DNA of 64,000 bases, taken from NCBI GenBank assembly GCA_032718475.1, contig JAUCBJ010003249.1, forward strand, positions 1-64,000. Direction: 5' to 3'. Made by a program: the position numbers and the translations under genes. Below the pieces are notes generated by a model. That model was not told the DNA's origin. It was given only the letters and a program-made list of their open reading frames with translations, and ran no database searches. Below, one piece after another: positions 23,660 to 36,900 of the stretch. Each line of letters starts with the position of its first letter. Position 1 is the first letter of the stretch. Origin of the DNA: Nemertoderma westbladi. Taxonomy: Eukaryota > Animalia > Xenacoelomorpha.

Positions 23660-23983
23660 TAACGGCTACGTAATGACTACGTTATGCTTATGTAAAGTCT
23701 ATGTAATGGATATGTAATGACAAATGTAATGGCTATATAATGACTATCTAATGATTATGTAATGACTATGTAATGGCTATGTAATGACTACATAATGAAT
23801 ATGTAATGACTATGTAATGACTATGTAATGGCTATGTAATTACTATGTAATGACTACGTAATCACCACGTAATGGCTATGTAATAATTATCTAATGTATA
23901 TGTAATGACTATGTAATGGCTATGTAATGACTATGTAATGACTATGTAATGACTATTTAATGACTATGTAATGGCTATGTAAC
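23660..23983. repeat. 11-bp tandem repeat (AATGACTATGT), ~28 degenerate copies
   Basis: Directly visible. Confidence 0.9.
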
Positions 23984-25126
23984 TAGGGTCGGTGATATTA
24001 TTCGCTTCGGAGAGCATTATCAATATCATACTATTATATTATAATATTATATATATTTAATAGTAGACCGCCATTCCATTCCATTCCAGCCTACAACATT
24101 TCATTTATTTTTATTAAATATTTATCGTGGCATTGAAAGGCGACGCTAAAAATTATATTTTATACAAGCCGGCTTAAATGTCATTTTAACGATAATTTCT
24201 AGCTAAAAAGTCGTTTTAACGATAATTAATCACTGTACACACGCACTCTACAATCAGTAGGATACAAGGCGTTCTATAAGAATCCCAATTACAGAATTAC
24301 TTCTTAAACGCCATGGCAGGATGTACTAATTTATGTAATAATCCAATACCTTCTTTGCCGAGAAGAGCCTATGACGCTTGGGCTAACATTACAGCTGGCC
24401 AGTAACCATAACTACTTCATAAACAACTTGTCACGTTTTCGCTGGCAGTTATATCACCTCTGTACTCTGCTACTGCTGTAGGCATACCGGTACCTAAGTA
24501 AGTTCGATTCTTTACTGCAGTACTGAGTGTCTCTCTCTTAAGAGCAGGAACTCTGTTGGTATAATTATAGAAGTAGGACCTACACTATGAAATAGGGTTA
24601 GTGTAAAAGACTGCAATAGTCCTATTTTTTTGGTACCGGTACAGTTGGTAGTGCGAGTAAGATGGTAAGCGAAGGTTACCTAAGCCGGTAAGCAGTAGGC
24701 CTACACTTACATATACACACCATATATTAAACTTAACGGTGATTACATTGCATTACCGTTGGCATAGTAATTAAATTGGATATCAACGGTTGAAGGAAGG
24801 AATTAATATTGTAAGCGTATGTTTTATGCTAAGCCACTGTATAGCTAGCTCTACTACTGGGACTGGGTAGAAACTCTACGACGCCACATACGGCCGACAG
24901 CCGCTATAATCGTTAAGGGAAATCACCAGATTACACCGGCGCATTCTAACCCAAATAATAAACGAATAATGAACGCGGGTTCCATTTTATTTTTTGCTTC
25001 ATGGTAACGGCTTTTCAGTGTAGCGGTTACACGTACTGTACAGTAGCTGTTATGCGAAAATGATATTTTCAATACGTACAGAGTGGAGTTGCACAGCACC
25101 AAGCGTACAGTGGTACAGAATATACC

Positions 25127-25191
25127 CGACCGCGACCGCGACCGCGACCGCGACCGCGACCGCGACCGCGACCGCGACCGCGACCGCGACC
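25127..25191. repeat. (CGACCG)n CpG-rich hexamer microsatellite, ~11 copies
   Basis: Perfect tandem run about 300 bp upstream of the DYNC2H1 ATG. Confidence 0.97.
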
Positions 25192-25490
25192 ATAACTCTA
25201 GTTGCCATAGTTTTATATTTCGGAATTATTATGTACAGTATTTTCAATCAAACAAAAATCTATGAAATTTAATTTAATTCTTATATTTAATACATTAAAC
25301 CGCTTTCGGGCATAATAATTTCGATAATAATTAAAATTTCAATAATTTCCATAATAATTACCTGGACCTTTGTCCAGGTACAGTACATTGCACATGGTAT
25401 AACAGCTGCAGTATTTTCCAGAACAGACATTCTACACTATTCTTGTAGGTTTAATATACTTGCTGTACCTGTAGAGTTATTATAATAAGT

Positions 25491-25676
25491 ATGCCGGACC
25501 AGCGTAAAGAGTTCGTTGTCAGCGCTGCGTCCCATTTCCTTGCGGTCGGCATCAACGAACAGCCTATGAAAGAGCTCTATGACAGCACTGAGCTGAACAA
25601 CTTCCTGGACGACGGTAACTGCGTTGTCCTCGCAGTAAAGTTGTCTTCAGCGAAACGATTGCAGATATTTAATCAG
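25491..25676 (+). CDS. DYNC2H1: Cytoplasmic dynein 2 heavy chain 1, coding exon 1
   Basis: MPDQRKEFV..ELNNFLDDGN..IFNQ; donor CAG|GTTAGT, phase 0. Confidence 0.9.
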
Positions 25677-25862
25677 GTTAGTCAAACACTCTTTAACGTC
25701 AGTTATTGATTACAAATACCCGTCAGAATGCAGTCGCTGGCAATTTCTCTATTTTTCTCTAAGAAAACTTTCTCAGAAATGTTACAATAATTTGAATTTA
25801 AAGCATTAGTTTATTTTGATAACTAGAATGGTTTATGCAAAGGATGAGTAGTTAGTTAGTGT

Positions 25863-25876
25863 GTTTCCGTGGTAAC
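25863..25876. promoter_or_regulatory. Candidate RFX X-box in DYNC2H1 intron 1
   Basis: GTTTCCGTGGTAAC closely matches the palindromic X-box. Weaker half-sites lie upstream (CTTCATGGTAAC ~24997-25008; GTTGCCATAG 25201-25210). RFX factors regulate ciliary and IFT genes. Confidence 0.5.
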
Positions 25877-26101
25877 TGCACTGAAGGCATATGTTTGTTG
25901 GACGATTGAATTTTCAAACTCTTTCTGTATTGATCTACTGCAGTACTGAGCTATCTACTGTATCTATGTAGAAACTAGGCAGGCAGCTGGGGGAAACTTG
26001 TTTAAACGCCACTGGTAAATGTTACTGTATTCTAGAACAGCTATTATTTTAGAAGCCTTTAAGAACTACAGTGGGTATATGAGCGATTATCTTAATTTTA
26101 G

Positions 26102-26322
26102 GTTGAACATCTAGACGCCAACGAAGGAATTATTATATTCTATAAACACACTCCGGATGTGATATCCCCAGACAATATGCACAGTAAGGTGCTAGTTACA
26201 ACCATCACAGAGTCACCACTGTTAACTCTATACCACGCTATACAGAAGATTTACGCTCCAGCACTTCTGCGAGACACTGCTTGGAGTAAAAATCTTGATC
26301 CCAAACTCCAGCACTATATAAG
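26102..26322 (+). CDS. DYNC2H1: DYNC2H1 coding exon 2
   Basis: Acceptor TTTTAG|GTT; VEHLD..ESPLLTLYHAIQKIYAPALLRDTAWSKNLDPKLQ; donor AG|GTATTT, phase 2. Confidence 0.9.
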
Positions 26323-26466
26323 GTATTTAGAATTATTATGTAAAACCGTAAAACCTAAACACGCTGAAACTTAGCCCAAACCAGGCTATCATCCTCCACT
26401 GGTCGATAAATGCGAACCAAGGTAACTTGGGAAACGGAGTGGAAGTGTTTTAATGTTGTAGATCAC

Positions 26467-27717
26467 TAGTGTTGAGAACTGTAACTGTAATTATACTGTA
26501 ACTGCAACTGTAACTGAATGGTTTTGATGATTTTTTTGATACTGTAACTATAACTGTAACTGTAATTGCGAACTTTGAATACTGTAACTGTAACTGAAAC
26601 TGTAATTACGTATTTGGAATACTGTAACTGAAACTGAAATTAACAAAATCCGATTCAGTTCTCAATCACACAATTAACATGAATAAGCATTTAAAACAGT
26701 ATTGTAATAAAGTATAGAGTATAGTTTAATAAATGAATAACAGTGGTTACCATAGGTATCATTTTTAAAACATTGTTATAAAAAAAAAAACAATCTCGTT
26801 TTTTCCACTTCTGAACAAAACCATAATATTACACAATATAAAATCAAAGACCCATTGCCCACTTAGCTCAAATGTGATTTATTTGGAGAGTCAAGTAGTG
26901 AACGAAGATCTAGCATATAGTCTATGTTCATCGGACTCAACTATTAGACTATTATCAGACCTTATCACCACTTTTGTTAATTAATGTTTTTACCGGTACT
27001 ATTAATATCATAATCACACTAGAGGCACACTGGAAATTAAATTTTGATCAAGTTTACCATTATAAATTACAAAATTAAACTTAAAAGTGAAAGGAGCAGC
27101 TTATCGAGGTGGGTCTAACGAACCAAAACAATAAAAATATGATTACTAAAACAAATTACGAATTAAGGAAAATGAGCAGGATTCAGAAGCATGGCTTTAT
27201 AACCAAAACAATAAATGATAACAATAAGTGTACAAGCACTGAAACAAGATGTACAGTAAAATGTGGGTGCCTTTAGTGTGATCTTGTGACGTGCCACTTT
27301 CATTACATACTATCAGTATATTAGTTACAAAATATTACCATAGCGTGGGTCCAACTTTCCTACAACAACTACCTATTAGCTCTAGAAAGAGGACGTTTCG
27401 TAATGAACATTATTATTAGCGTATATAACAGTAATATATTAAAGTGCCTCATTTTTAGTTTCAGATGACTGCTTACTACATGAGATCATATATATTGAAT
27501 CTATAACTGAAACTGAAACTGAAATGCTCAATTTTGTAATACTGAAACTGTAACTGTAACTGAAATGTTACACTTTGTAATACTGAAACTGTAACTGTAA
27601 CTGAAATGCAAAACTTTGAATACTGAAACTGTAACTGTAACTGAAATGCAAAACTTTGAATACTGAAACTGTAACTGTAACTGAAATTAGTCAAAATTGA
27701 TTCAGTTCTCAACACTA
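26467..27717. mobile_element. Non-autonomous hAT element in DYNC2H1 intron 2
   Basis: 15-bp perfect TIRs TAGTGTTGAGAACTG / CAGTTCTCAACACTA; perfect 8-bp TSD TAGATCAC (26459-26466 and 27718-27725); subterminal AACTGT/AACTGA arrays at both ends. Confidence 0.9.
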
Positions 27718-27916
27718 TAGATCACCCATGGTGGTGTAGAGAACATGTAGGCCTATTCTATTCCCTGGCTTAATAAGCTTGAAAGTTTCTCATATTCATA
27801 ATTTAATATTTGTTTTAATTATATTTTTTTTATTTTACATATTGAATTGTGTGATGTAGGTTTATTATTAGACTTGTAGGCTGCGATCCTGTCACTAATG
27901 TTTATGTTTATTTTAG

Positions 27917-28059
27917 TGAGTTGGAGAAGGGATTGGGAGGATTGTCTCGTCGAACGGGTTCCTCGGGTAAACGTTTAGTTTCCGAAGATGAGGACGATGT
28001 CTCTAACATTGTCTCCGCTGTGGATGAGTTTCAGTTCTGGGCCGACATGGCGAGTTCAG
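27917..28059 (+). CDS. DYNC2H1: DYNC2H1 coding exon 3
   Basis: TTTTAG|T GAG TTG GAG; (S)ELEKGLGGLSRR..DEFQFWADMASS; donor G|GTAAAC, phase 1. Absent from the ORF track. Confidence 0.9.
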
Positions 28060-28540
28060 GTAAACGTATTAAATAAAGATAATTATATTGATTGGTAAAA
28101 CATAAATATTATATATATATTATTAATATAACAGAAAAAAAGGTGCATAATCACAAATAGCTCTCAAGGTACCCCATCATCTCTATTTGTGCATATCATC
28201 ATCAATGGGTGACAATAATCTTTAATAATAAGTCAATAAATGAGTTGTGTCGAACTGATGACCTCCGGGTTGGAAGTCTGACGCTCTAACTTTTCAGCTA
28301 GCGGCTCGGGTAAAAGACTACCTGATACCTTGTATGTCCGCAATTTACCTCCTCATGGCCTCCCATATGTCAATCCCACAATCTGCTGCTACTGTGCTCA
28401 ACCCTACAGTACTTGGTCGTTTTTAAATTAAGTTTATGGCTGTTTAAGCTTTTTCTTGCACAAATATTATTGGTAATTGTGATTGATTATGATTACGTTC
28501 TACGCATGTCCTTAGACCATCTTAAAAAAGATGGGATATT

Positions 28541-29310
28541 GGTCTCCGGACAATTCGTACCCGGACAAATCGTACCCGGACAATTCGTAACAGACAATTC
28601 GTACCCGGACAATTCGTACCCGGACAATTCGTAACAGACAATTCGTACCCGGACAATTCGTACCCGGACAATTCGTACCCTAAATTTTTTTTGACGGGTA
28701 CGAATTGTCCGGATACTGACTAGTTAAAGTACGCTATATATTGACTAGCTAGTTTTTTGTTAATTTTTTTATTCCAGTACGTATTATATTGATAATGGAC
28801 ATTATTTGTGCCCGAAATATATTTATAATATCTTATAATATCTGAACATATAATTAATAATTGAATCGTTAATTTTTTTATAAATGTTACAGAACACGTG
28901 TTAGTTATCAATTTTGATTGATTTGATTTTGATTCAATATTTTTGTTCTAGAACACATTTTTTTCTAGAACATTTTTTGGAAAAAATACCATCCTACTGT
29001 TAGAAGGTCAAATATTTGTTCTAGAAAATAAAACCTACATTATCTGTATCCTGACAATTCGTAGCTCAAATAAATTTGGTGCACACTACCTCCTATTTTC
29101 TACACATTTTTTAATACCGATTTTTTTACATTTCACCTAGAGCAAAATTTCATCAGCATTCCAAATCTAAAGTCTTTTTGTTTATATCTTGTTCCGTTAT
29201 CGAGATATCGGCCTATAAGACTACTCTAGTCTACAATTCGTCATAAAAAACCCATCATAAAAAAATTTCGGGTACGAATTGTCCGGTACGAATTCTCATT
29301 CGTACCGGTC
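28541..29310. mobile_element. Foldback/MITE-like element with 15-bp subterminal repeats (GGACAATTCGTACCC)
   Basis: About 9 direct copies at 28547-28680 and inverted copies GGGTACGAATTGTCCGG at ~28696 and ~29270. No clear TSD found. Confidence 0.55.
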
Positions 29311-29364
29311 GATGGTTCGATGGTAACACCCCCTACTGGCACAAGAAGTAGATGAAATCCAGCA

Positions 29365-29575
29365 AAGTTCCTTACTGATCAAGACTTTGCTGATGACTTA
29401 GGGGTACTGTCAGAATCACTAGAGGGAGCCCAAAGGCTCCTCTGCTCATTGGAGCAGGTTGCTTCTAGTGTTGGTATTTTTGTAAATTCCAAGAAGAGCA
29501 AAATCATGACAGTCAACCTCGACTGCCCTCCAGAACTGTCTGATCGTAGTAAGGGCATACGCTCAGGGAGTTGTG
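29365..29575 (+). mobile_element. RTE-like reverse transcriptase fragment
   Basis: Translates LTDQDFADDLGVLSESLEGAQRLLCSLEQVASSVGIFVNSKKSKIMTVN (FADD catalytic motif); related to the 18.6-19.3 kb fragment. Confidence 0.75.
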
Positions 29576-29687
29576 GCTTCGCAATTTTGTCGACTAGCCA
29601 GCATAGCATTCTTATATATATGTAATATATATAATGCAGCTGCAATAGTAAGTAGAAAGTTTATAGGTACAAATGTTTTTTTTGCAG

Positions 29688-29912
29688 GGCAGAAACTAAG
29701 TTTGAAGGAGCGGGCCCAATACTTCCAGGAATTGTTCGGGTCATTGACCTCGGACTTCCAGTCTCTGGATAGCCACTCTTCGCAGGAGGTCGTTGACCTT
29801 ATAGAGACAGTGGAGGGAGTCCTGGATGAACTCTGGAAGCAGGAAGAACACACTCCCCGATACCCGGAGAAACGGATGGCGCATCTGTTTCAGATGATAG
29901 GAGGAGATTTAG
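29688..29912 (+). CDS. DYNC2H1: DYNC2H1 coding exon 4
   Basis: TTTTGCAG|GG; QKLSLKERAQYFQELF..YPEKRMAHLFQMIGGDL; donor G|GTTGGT, phase 1. Confidence 0.9.
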
Positions 29913-30039
29913 GTTGGTTGTAGTTCGATTAATCATCGCTAAACAATAAACGTTGTTGGCAATCCTGTGACATAAATCTCATTTATCGCTCTACTGTCCC
30001 AAAGTCATATAGATAGTTCTTCAACTTCTGAATTATATA

Positions 30040-31346
30040 CAAATTATATCGACTTACTATGTGAAATTGCAAATGTTGTAGCCCCTGAACGCAGATTAAA
30101 TTAACTCCTAACCTGTCACGCCCTTGGTTCACAGCGGAATTAAAACTCATGCGTAATAAGAAACGAGCTTTGGAACATAAATTGAGAAAAAAATCGATCA
30201 GATCTCAACAAATCAATATATCGCAATCATTGCCTTGAGTAACTTGCTGCTCTCAAGTTTCCAGGGCGTATTATACTGAAAATCTGCCGACTACAAACAC
30301 AAATGTCCTGTTCAAATACGTTAAATCATTATCTGCCCCCACTAATGTCCCTCCTCCCCAGCTCAATCCAACATACAAACCTGCGTTAATAAAATTAAAC
30401 TTGAAATGGATAGGCTAAGACGTCCGTCCTAATACGTCCGACATTTTGCTAATTTGTAGGGGACAGGAGGGGACTATGTATCTTCTCACTTCTCGGTTAC
30501 GCTTGGAGGAAAACAAAATTTTGTCAAAATCATCAGTAACAACTCTTGGTGTTATTTTTGATAATGAGATTCGCACATAAACATATTTCTAAGATTGTTT
30601 CCTCAGTAAACTATCATCTCAGAAACATCAGCCACTTCAGACACCATCTAACTCAAGCTACACAACCCGTTTAGTTAATTCGTTAATTATATCTAGACTC
30701 GATCAAAATAACTCTCTATTATACGGCCTCCCACAAGATGAAATCAACCGCCTACAAATGGTTCTAAACTCCTGTGCGCGTCTCGAGCCCACATTGTACA
30801 GACGCTCTGAAACATTGCACTGGCTGTCAATCAACTATCGCATAGGATACAAGATTGCATGCATCTTGTATATAAGATCAATAAATGGATGTGCACTAGT
30901 GTTTAAACGAGATCGGGATCCTGATCCCGATCCCGAAAAATGGGACCCCGAGAGTGATAATCCCGGTCCCTATCACGATCCCGGAAATCCCGAAAAGTCT
31001 GATCCCGTTTAAAAACACTAATATGCACCTGATCTTACTAGCTCCAAATAACAATCCCACCCGAGAAACATATCTGTGGACTTTAAAGATACCCCGTTAC
31101 AACCTAGTATCCTTGGCGCTCGCACCTTCTCTTACTCAGCACCTGTCGTTTTAATAGCTTACCACTATCCCTTAGAACTGAAACCGCTCTCAATACTTTA
31201 CGGCGTGGTCTAAGAACTGAACTATTCAACAGGGCCTATCAGTAATACTCAGCTATATCGCTCTCCCAGTCTCCCAGCGCCTTCGAACCTGACTTCATGG
31301 AGTTAGGGCGCTCTAATAATAACTGCTCATTATTATTATTATTATT
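30040..31346 (+). mobile_element. Degenerate L2/CR1-group LINE 3' fragment
   Basis: Frameshifted motifs LGVIFDN, HLRNI, LIISRLD..NSLLYGLP..INRLQMVLNSCAR, LHWLSINYRIGYKI; ends with GGGCGCTCTAATAA and an (ATT)n tail at ~31330-31346. Confidence 0.75.
30897..31020. mobile_element. 124-bp hAT-type MITE inserted in the LINE fragment
   Basis: Termini TAGTGTTTAAACG ... CGTTTAAAAACACTA, internal GATCCC repeats, 8-bp TSD ATGTGCAC / ATATGCAC. Removing it restores the LINE peptide NGCAP. Confidence 0.8.
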
Positions 31347-31476
31347 CTGTAACAGATGATAGGATGAGATTTAGGGCAGTTGTAGATAGATTAATCTCAA
31401 AGTGAACCTACCGGTATTTCAGTCATTATTATAATTTTATATAAAATAAAATTATAAAATTATATTATAAAATTAT

Positions 31477-32216
31477 GGTGTTAAAATTATTAAACTTGAC
31501 AATAAGGCGGCAAGATGAGGTACGTGAGGTCTTTGGGGACCTCATTGCCTCTGCATTTGGGGGCGCCTGCGTCCAGCGTGACGTTACCCTGGCGTCCGGT
31601 TACCTGGACAGACGGGGCCGAGAAGTGGGGGGAATTAGGGCGGATCTCCTGGCGAGAGGAGTCTGAACCGAGCAGAGGGTGGCGTCTTTCGATATTGCGT
31701 TCGTAAACGCCGACGCCCCTCATATGCTCACCGGCCCTTGGACTCTGTCCTCCAACAGAGAGTCCGAGCCAAGAAGGGGCACTACAGCGCGGTGTGCGAA
31801 GATAGAATGTTCTCCTTCACCCCCCTTGTCGGAACCACCGACGGGATGTGGTGCAAGGGAGACTGATATCTTCATCAGCCACCTCGCTGAGACCCTAATG
31901 ACTCGGCGGCATGGGATGCGGGAACGTGGCCTTGCCTCCGTTCTCGGGGGAGTTCGGAGGCGGCTGCAGTTCGCTCTCCTCCGCTCAAACTCCCCTTTGT
32001 CTGCGTGGTGGCCGGCGACTATGGAGGGCGCTGGGCTTTGGAGATGGTGCGGGTCTGCGGGGCAATGACCTCGCAGACCGATATTAAACCCTGATGCACC
32101 ATTATTAATTGTATTGTTTTTGTTTTTAATTGTATTGTTCTGATTGGTGTTGGGATGTTGGTGCAGTTTTATATTTTAGTTTATTCTTATCGAGATGTCT
32201 CACTCGATTTATTATT
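31477..32216 (+). mobile_element. Second 5'-truncated CRE-like retrotransposon fragment
   Basis: IRRQDEVREVFGDL..IRADLLARGV*..FDIAFVNADAP..VRRRLQFALLRS with stops and frameshifts; GC-rich island; possible 14-bp TSD TATTATAAAATTAT (low complexity). Confidence 0.7.
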
Positions 32217-32703
32217 TATTATAAAATTATAATTCGCTTATAAAATTATATTTGTTTTTTTTTCATAATTTTATACATTTTTACTAAATTCAATAATGTT
32301 TTAATTATTAATGACAATCACGTAACATAATTAATGTTTAACATGACGTCCACACAATGTTGACCCATATGAAGTGTACCAGACTATCTGCTTTATATTT
32401 CACTTTGCAGTTTACCCCATGTGAAGAATACCAAATGTTTTCACTAAATATCCAGGTTGCAGAAGGGCTGGTAACCAAAACAAAAAACTAATTAGTATCT
32501 GTACAGGTTATAAGAAAGAAATAAGCCTAATAAAACACTTAAAAAAAGGAGAAATTTAGATAAATACAAATTCTTTATATATTCCAATAAAATGTCATTC
32601 GATAAGTGAAAAAACCTGATATTATTCACTTGGGCGACAACGCTCAATAATTATTATATAATTAATAATTAATATTAAATTATAAATTTATTTGTGATTT
32701 TAG

Positions 32704-33021
32704 GTCGATACGTTCAGCGTCAACTGGTCGGCAAAGATTTGTGGCACATTCCGTACGGCGAGGCGCGGGAGTTGACGCGAAACGGCTCGCTCGTCTGCGA
32801 ACGATGGACCGCGACCTGCGATTCGTTGATCGCGGCCTGGCGCAAGTACTCCCCGCGTAAATGGCGCGAGGAGCCGCTCTCCGGGGACATTGTCGGACAG
32901 TTGTCGAAGCGGTTGGAGCAGGTATCCCGTCTCAGGAGTGTCCACGAGCAGTTACTGCGACTGCTGTCTGCCGGAGAGAAACAGCAGATGATCGCAACAG
33001 ATCCTTACAGTCCCTTTATTG
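32704..33021 (+). CDS. DYNC2H1: DYNC2H1 coding exon 5
   Basis: TTTTAG|GT CGA; RYVQRQL..CERW..LSKRLEQVSRLRSVHEQLLRLL..PFI; donor G|GTGAGT, phase 1. Confidence 0.9.
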
Positions 33022-33676
33022 GTGAGTTTCTACAACCAACAACCTTTATTTTATTTATAAGTTTTAAGATTACTTCACTACTTTATTTTACTGTTACTAA
33101 AGAAAATTTACAAAAGTAAAGTAAAGATAAAAAAATTAATTACTTCATGTCAGACATTTATCGACCTACTAACAATAATTATTTTCACTAAATTTTAATA
33201 GGAAAATGATTCAGTTTCTACTAAGTATATTATCTCTATACGTTATATTCATATGTAAATATAATATTTTTAAAGTAATATAATATTATAAATAAATATA
33301 TTAGCAATAAAATCGATTAATTATTTAGTCTACGTAAGGGAAAAGAGCAGGTTACATTGGCACGTCATTCTAACCAAAACAATCAACAAAAGTCAATAGG
33401 CAGATAGGGCAGTTGTAGACAGTTTCTTTTTTGATGAAGAAAAAATTATTTTTGTGTTAATTAATATATTTTAGTGGAAGAATGAGTGTCAACACTTTTG
33501 AAAAAAAAATTTAATTTATTGGAGAAAGCAATTATTGTTTTAGTGCGCAATAACATTAATGCCTTACTTTATGTCAACTGTTAGACAAAATACATAACTG
33601 CTAGCCCACTACCAACTACTTGGAGTTCATACCGCGAGCCTTACATGTCCTCATTAATGTGTTTGATTCCTATAAG

Positions 33677-33913
33677 GTTTGAACCCACTGCAACCCAACC
33701 CGTACACTCAGCCGTTATGGAACGCCGCAGTCACTCAATACGAACGCGCGATGGAACCGGTAGAGAACACCGTCGCAGACAATCTACGCAACGAAATACG
33801 CGCGATGGACGGCCAACCGCAGCAACTACTGCGAGAGTTTCAGCGGTACAAGGAGTTGGTTCAGAGACCAAACGTTAAAGAGAAACTCGTCGCCGAGAGG
33901 GAAACCTTACTGA
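33677..33913 (+). CDS. DYNC2H1: DYNC2H1 coding exon 6
   Basis: ATAAG|GT TTG; LNPLQPNPYTQPLWNAAVTQYE..PQQLLREFQRYKELVQRP..ERETLL; donor A|GTTAGT, phase 1. Confidence 0.92.
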
Positions 33914-36900
33914 GTTAGTCGATTAGTTTGTTAGTTTAAAGTTAGTGTTGTTTGTTTGTTAGTTTGTTAGTTTAAAGTTAGTGTTGTTTGTTTGTTAGTT
34001 TAAAGTTAGTGTTGTTTGTTTGTTAGTTTAAAGTTAGTGTTGTTTGTTTGTTAGTTTGTTAGTTTAAAGTTAGTGTTGTTTGTTTGTTAGTTTAAAGTTA
34101 GTGTTGTTTGTTTGTTAGTTTAAAGTTGGTGTTGTTTGTTTGTTAGTTTATAGTTAGTGTTGTTTGTTTGTTAGTTTAAAGTTAGTGTTGTTTGTTTGTT
34201 AGTTTAAAGTTAGTGTTGTTTGTTTGTTAGTTTAAAGTTAGTGTTGTTTGTTTGTTAGTTTAAAGTTAGTGTTTTTTGTTTGTTAGTTTGTTAGTTTGTT
34301 AGTTTAAAGTTATTGTTGTTCGTTTGTTAGTTTAAAGTTAGTGTTGTTTGTTTGTTAGTTTAAAGTTAGTGTTGTTTGTTTGTTAGTTTAAAGTTAGTGT
34401 TGTTTGTTTGTTAGTTTAAAGTTAGTGTTGTTTGTTTGTTTGTTAGTTTAAAGTTAGTGTTGTTTGTTTGTTAGTTTAAAGTTGGTGTTGTTTGTTTGTT
34501 AGTTTATAGTTAGTGTTGTTTGTTTGTTAGTTTAAAGTTAGTGTTGTTTGTTTGTTAGTTTAAAGTTATTGTTGTTTGTTTGTTAGTTTAAAGTTAGTGT
34601 TGTTTGTTTGTTAGTTTAAAGTTAGTGTTGTTTGTTTGTTAGTTTAAAGTTAGTGTTGTTTGTTTGTTAGTTTAAAGTTAGTGTTGTTTGTTTGTTAGTT
34701 TAAAGTTAGTGTTTTTTGTTTGTTAGTTTGTTAGTTTAAAGTTATTGTTGTTTGTTTGTTAGTTTAAAGTTAGTGTTGTTTGTTTGTTAGTTTAAAGTTA
34801 GTGTTGTTTGTTTGTTAGTTTAAAGTTAGTGTTTTTTGTTTGTTAGTTTGTTAGTTTGTTAGTTTAAAGTTATTGTTGTTTGTTTGTTAGTTTAAAGTTA
34901 GTGTTGTTTGTTTGTTAGTTTAAAGTTAGTGTTGTTTGTTTGTTAGTTTAAAGTTAGTGTTGTTTGTTTGTTAGTTTAAAGTTAGTGTTGTTTGTTTGTT
35001 AGTTTAAAGTTAGTGTTTTTTGTTTGTTAGTTTGTTAGTTTAAAGTTAGTGTTGTTTGTTTGTTAGTTTAAAGTTAGTGTTGTTTGTTTGTTAGTTTAAA
35101 GTTAGTGTTGTTTGTTTGTTAGTTTAAGGTTAGTGTTGTTTGTTTGTTAGTTTAAAGTTAGTGTTGTTTGTTTGTTAGTTTAAAGTTAGTGTTGTTTGTT
35201 TGTTAGTTTAAAGTTAGTGTTGTTTGTTTGTTTGTTAGTTTAAAGTTAGTGTTGTTTGTTTGTTAGTTTAAAGTTAGTGTTGTTTGTTTGTTAGTTTAAA
35301 GTTAGTGTTGTTTGTTTGTTAGTTTAAAGTTAGTGTTGTTTGTTTGTTAGTTTAAAGTTATTGTTGTTTGTTTGTTAGTTTAAAGTTAGTGTTGTTTGTT
35401 TGTTAGTTTAAAGTTAGTGTTGTTTGTTTGTTAGTTTAAAGTTAGTGTTGTTTGTTTGTTAGTTTAAAGTTAGTGTTGTTTGTTTGTTAGTTTAAAGTTA
35501 GTGTTTTTTGTTTGTTAGTTTGTTAGTTTGTTAGTTTAAAGTTAGTGTTGTTTGTTTGTTAGTTTAAAGTTAGTGTTGTTTGTTTGTTAGTTTAAAGTTA
35601 GTGTTGTTTGTTTGTTAGTTTAAGGTTAGTGTTGTTTGTTTGTTAGTTTGTTAGTTTAAAGTTAGTGTTGTTTGTTTGTTAGTTTAAAGTTAGTGTTGTT
35701 TGTTTGTTAGTTTAAAGTTAGTGTTGTTTGTTTATTAGTTTAAAGTTAGTGTTGTTTGTTTGTTAGTTTATAGTTAGTGTTGTTAGTTTGTTAGTTTAAA
35801 GTTAGTGTTGTTTGTTTGTTAGTTTAAAGTTAGTGTTGTTTGTTTGTTAGTTTAAAGTTAGTGTTGTTTGTTTGTTAGTTTAAAGTTAGTGTTGTTTGTT
35901 TGTTAGTTTAAAGTTAGTGTTTTTTGTTTGTTAGTTTGTTAGTTTAAAGTTAGTGTTGTTTGTTTGTTAGTTTAAAGTTAGTGTTGTTTGTTTGTTAGTT
36001 TAAAGTTAGTGTTGTTTGTTTGTTAGTTTATAGTTAGTGTTGTTAGTTTGTTAGTTTAAAGTTAGTGTTGTTTGTTTGTTAGTTTATAGTTAGTGTTGTT
36101 TGTTTGTTTGTTAGTTTAAAGTTAGTGTTGTTTGTTTGCTAGTTTAAAGTTAGTGTTGTTTGTTTGTTAGTTTAAAGTTAGTGTTGTTTGTTTGTTAGTT
36201 TAAAGTTAGTGTTGTTTGTTTGTTAGTTCGTTAGTTTGTTAGTTTGTTAGTTTAAAGTTAGTGTTGTTTGTTTGTTAGTTTAAAGTTAGTGTTGTTTGTT
36301 TGTTAGTTTGTTAGTTTAAAGTTAGTGTTGTTTGTTTGTTAGTTTAAAGTTAGTGTTTTTTGTTTGTTAGTTTGTTAGTTTAAAGTTAGTGTTGTTTGTT
36401 TGTTAGTTTAAAGTTAGTGTTGTTTGTTTGTTAGTTTAAAGTTAGTGTTTTTTGTTTGTTAGTTTAAAGTTAGTGTTGTTTGTTTGTTAGTTTTAAGTTA
36501 GTGTTGTTTGTTTGTTAGTTTGTTAGTTTAAAGTTAGTGTTGTTTGTTTGTTAGTTTATAGTTAGTGTTGTTTGTTTGTTTGTTAGTTTAAAGTTAGTGT
36601 TGTTTGTTTGCTAGTTTAAAGTTAGTGTTGTTTGTTTGTTAGTTTAAAGTTAGTGTTGTTTGTTTGTTAGTTTAAAGTTAGTGTTGTTTGTTTGTTAGTT
36701 TGTTAGTTTAAAGTTAGTGTTCTTTGTTTGTTAGTTTAAAGTTAGTGTTGTTTGTTTGTTAGTTTGTTAGTTTAAAGTTAGTGTTGTTTGTTTGTTAGTT
36801 TAAAGTTAGTGTTGTTTGTTTGTTAGTTTAAAGTTAGTGTTGTTTGTTTGTTAGTTTAAAGTTAGTGTTGTTTGTTTGTTAGTTTAAATTTAGTGTTGTT

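Noticed and set aside
25050-25272. VAVAVA / TATATA / DRDRDR ORFs
   Set aside because: Translations of the (CGACCG)n microsatellite.
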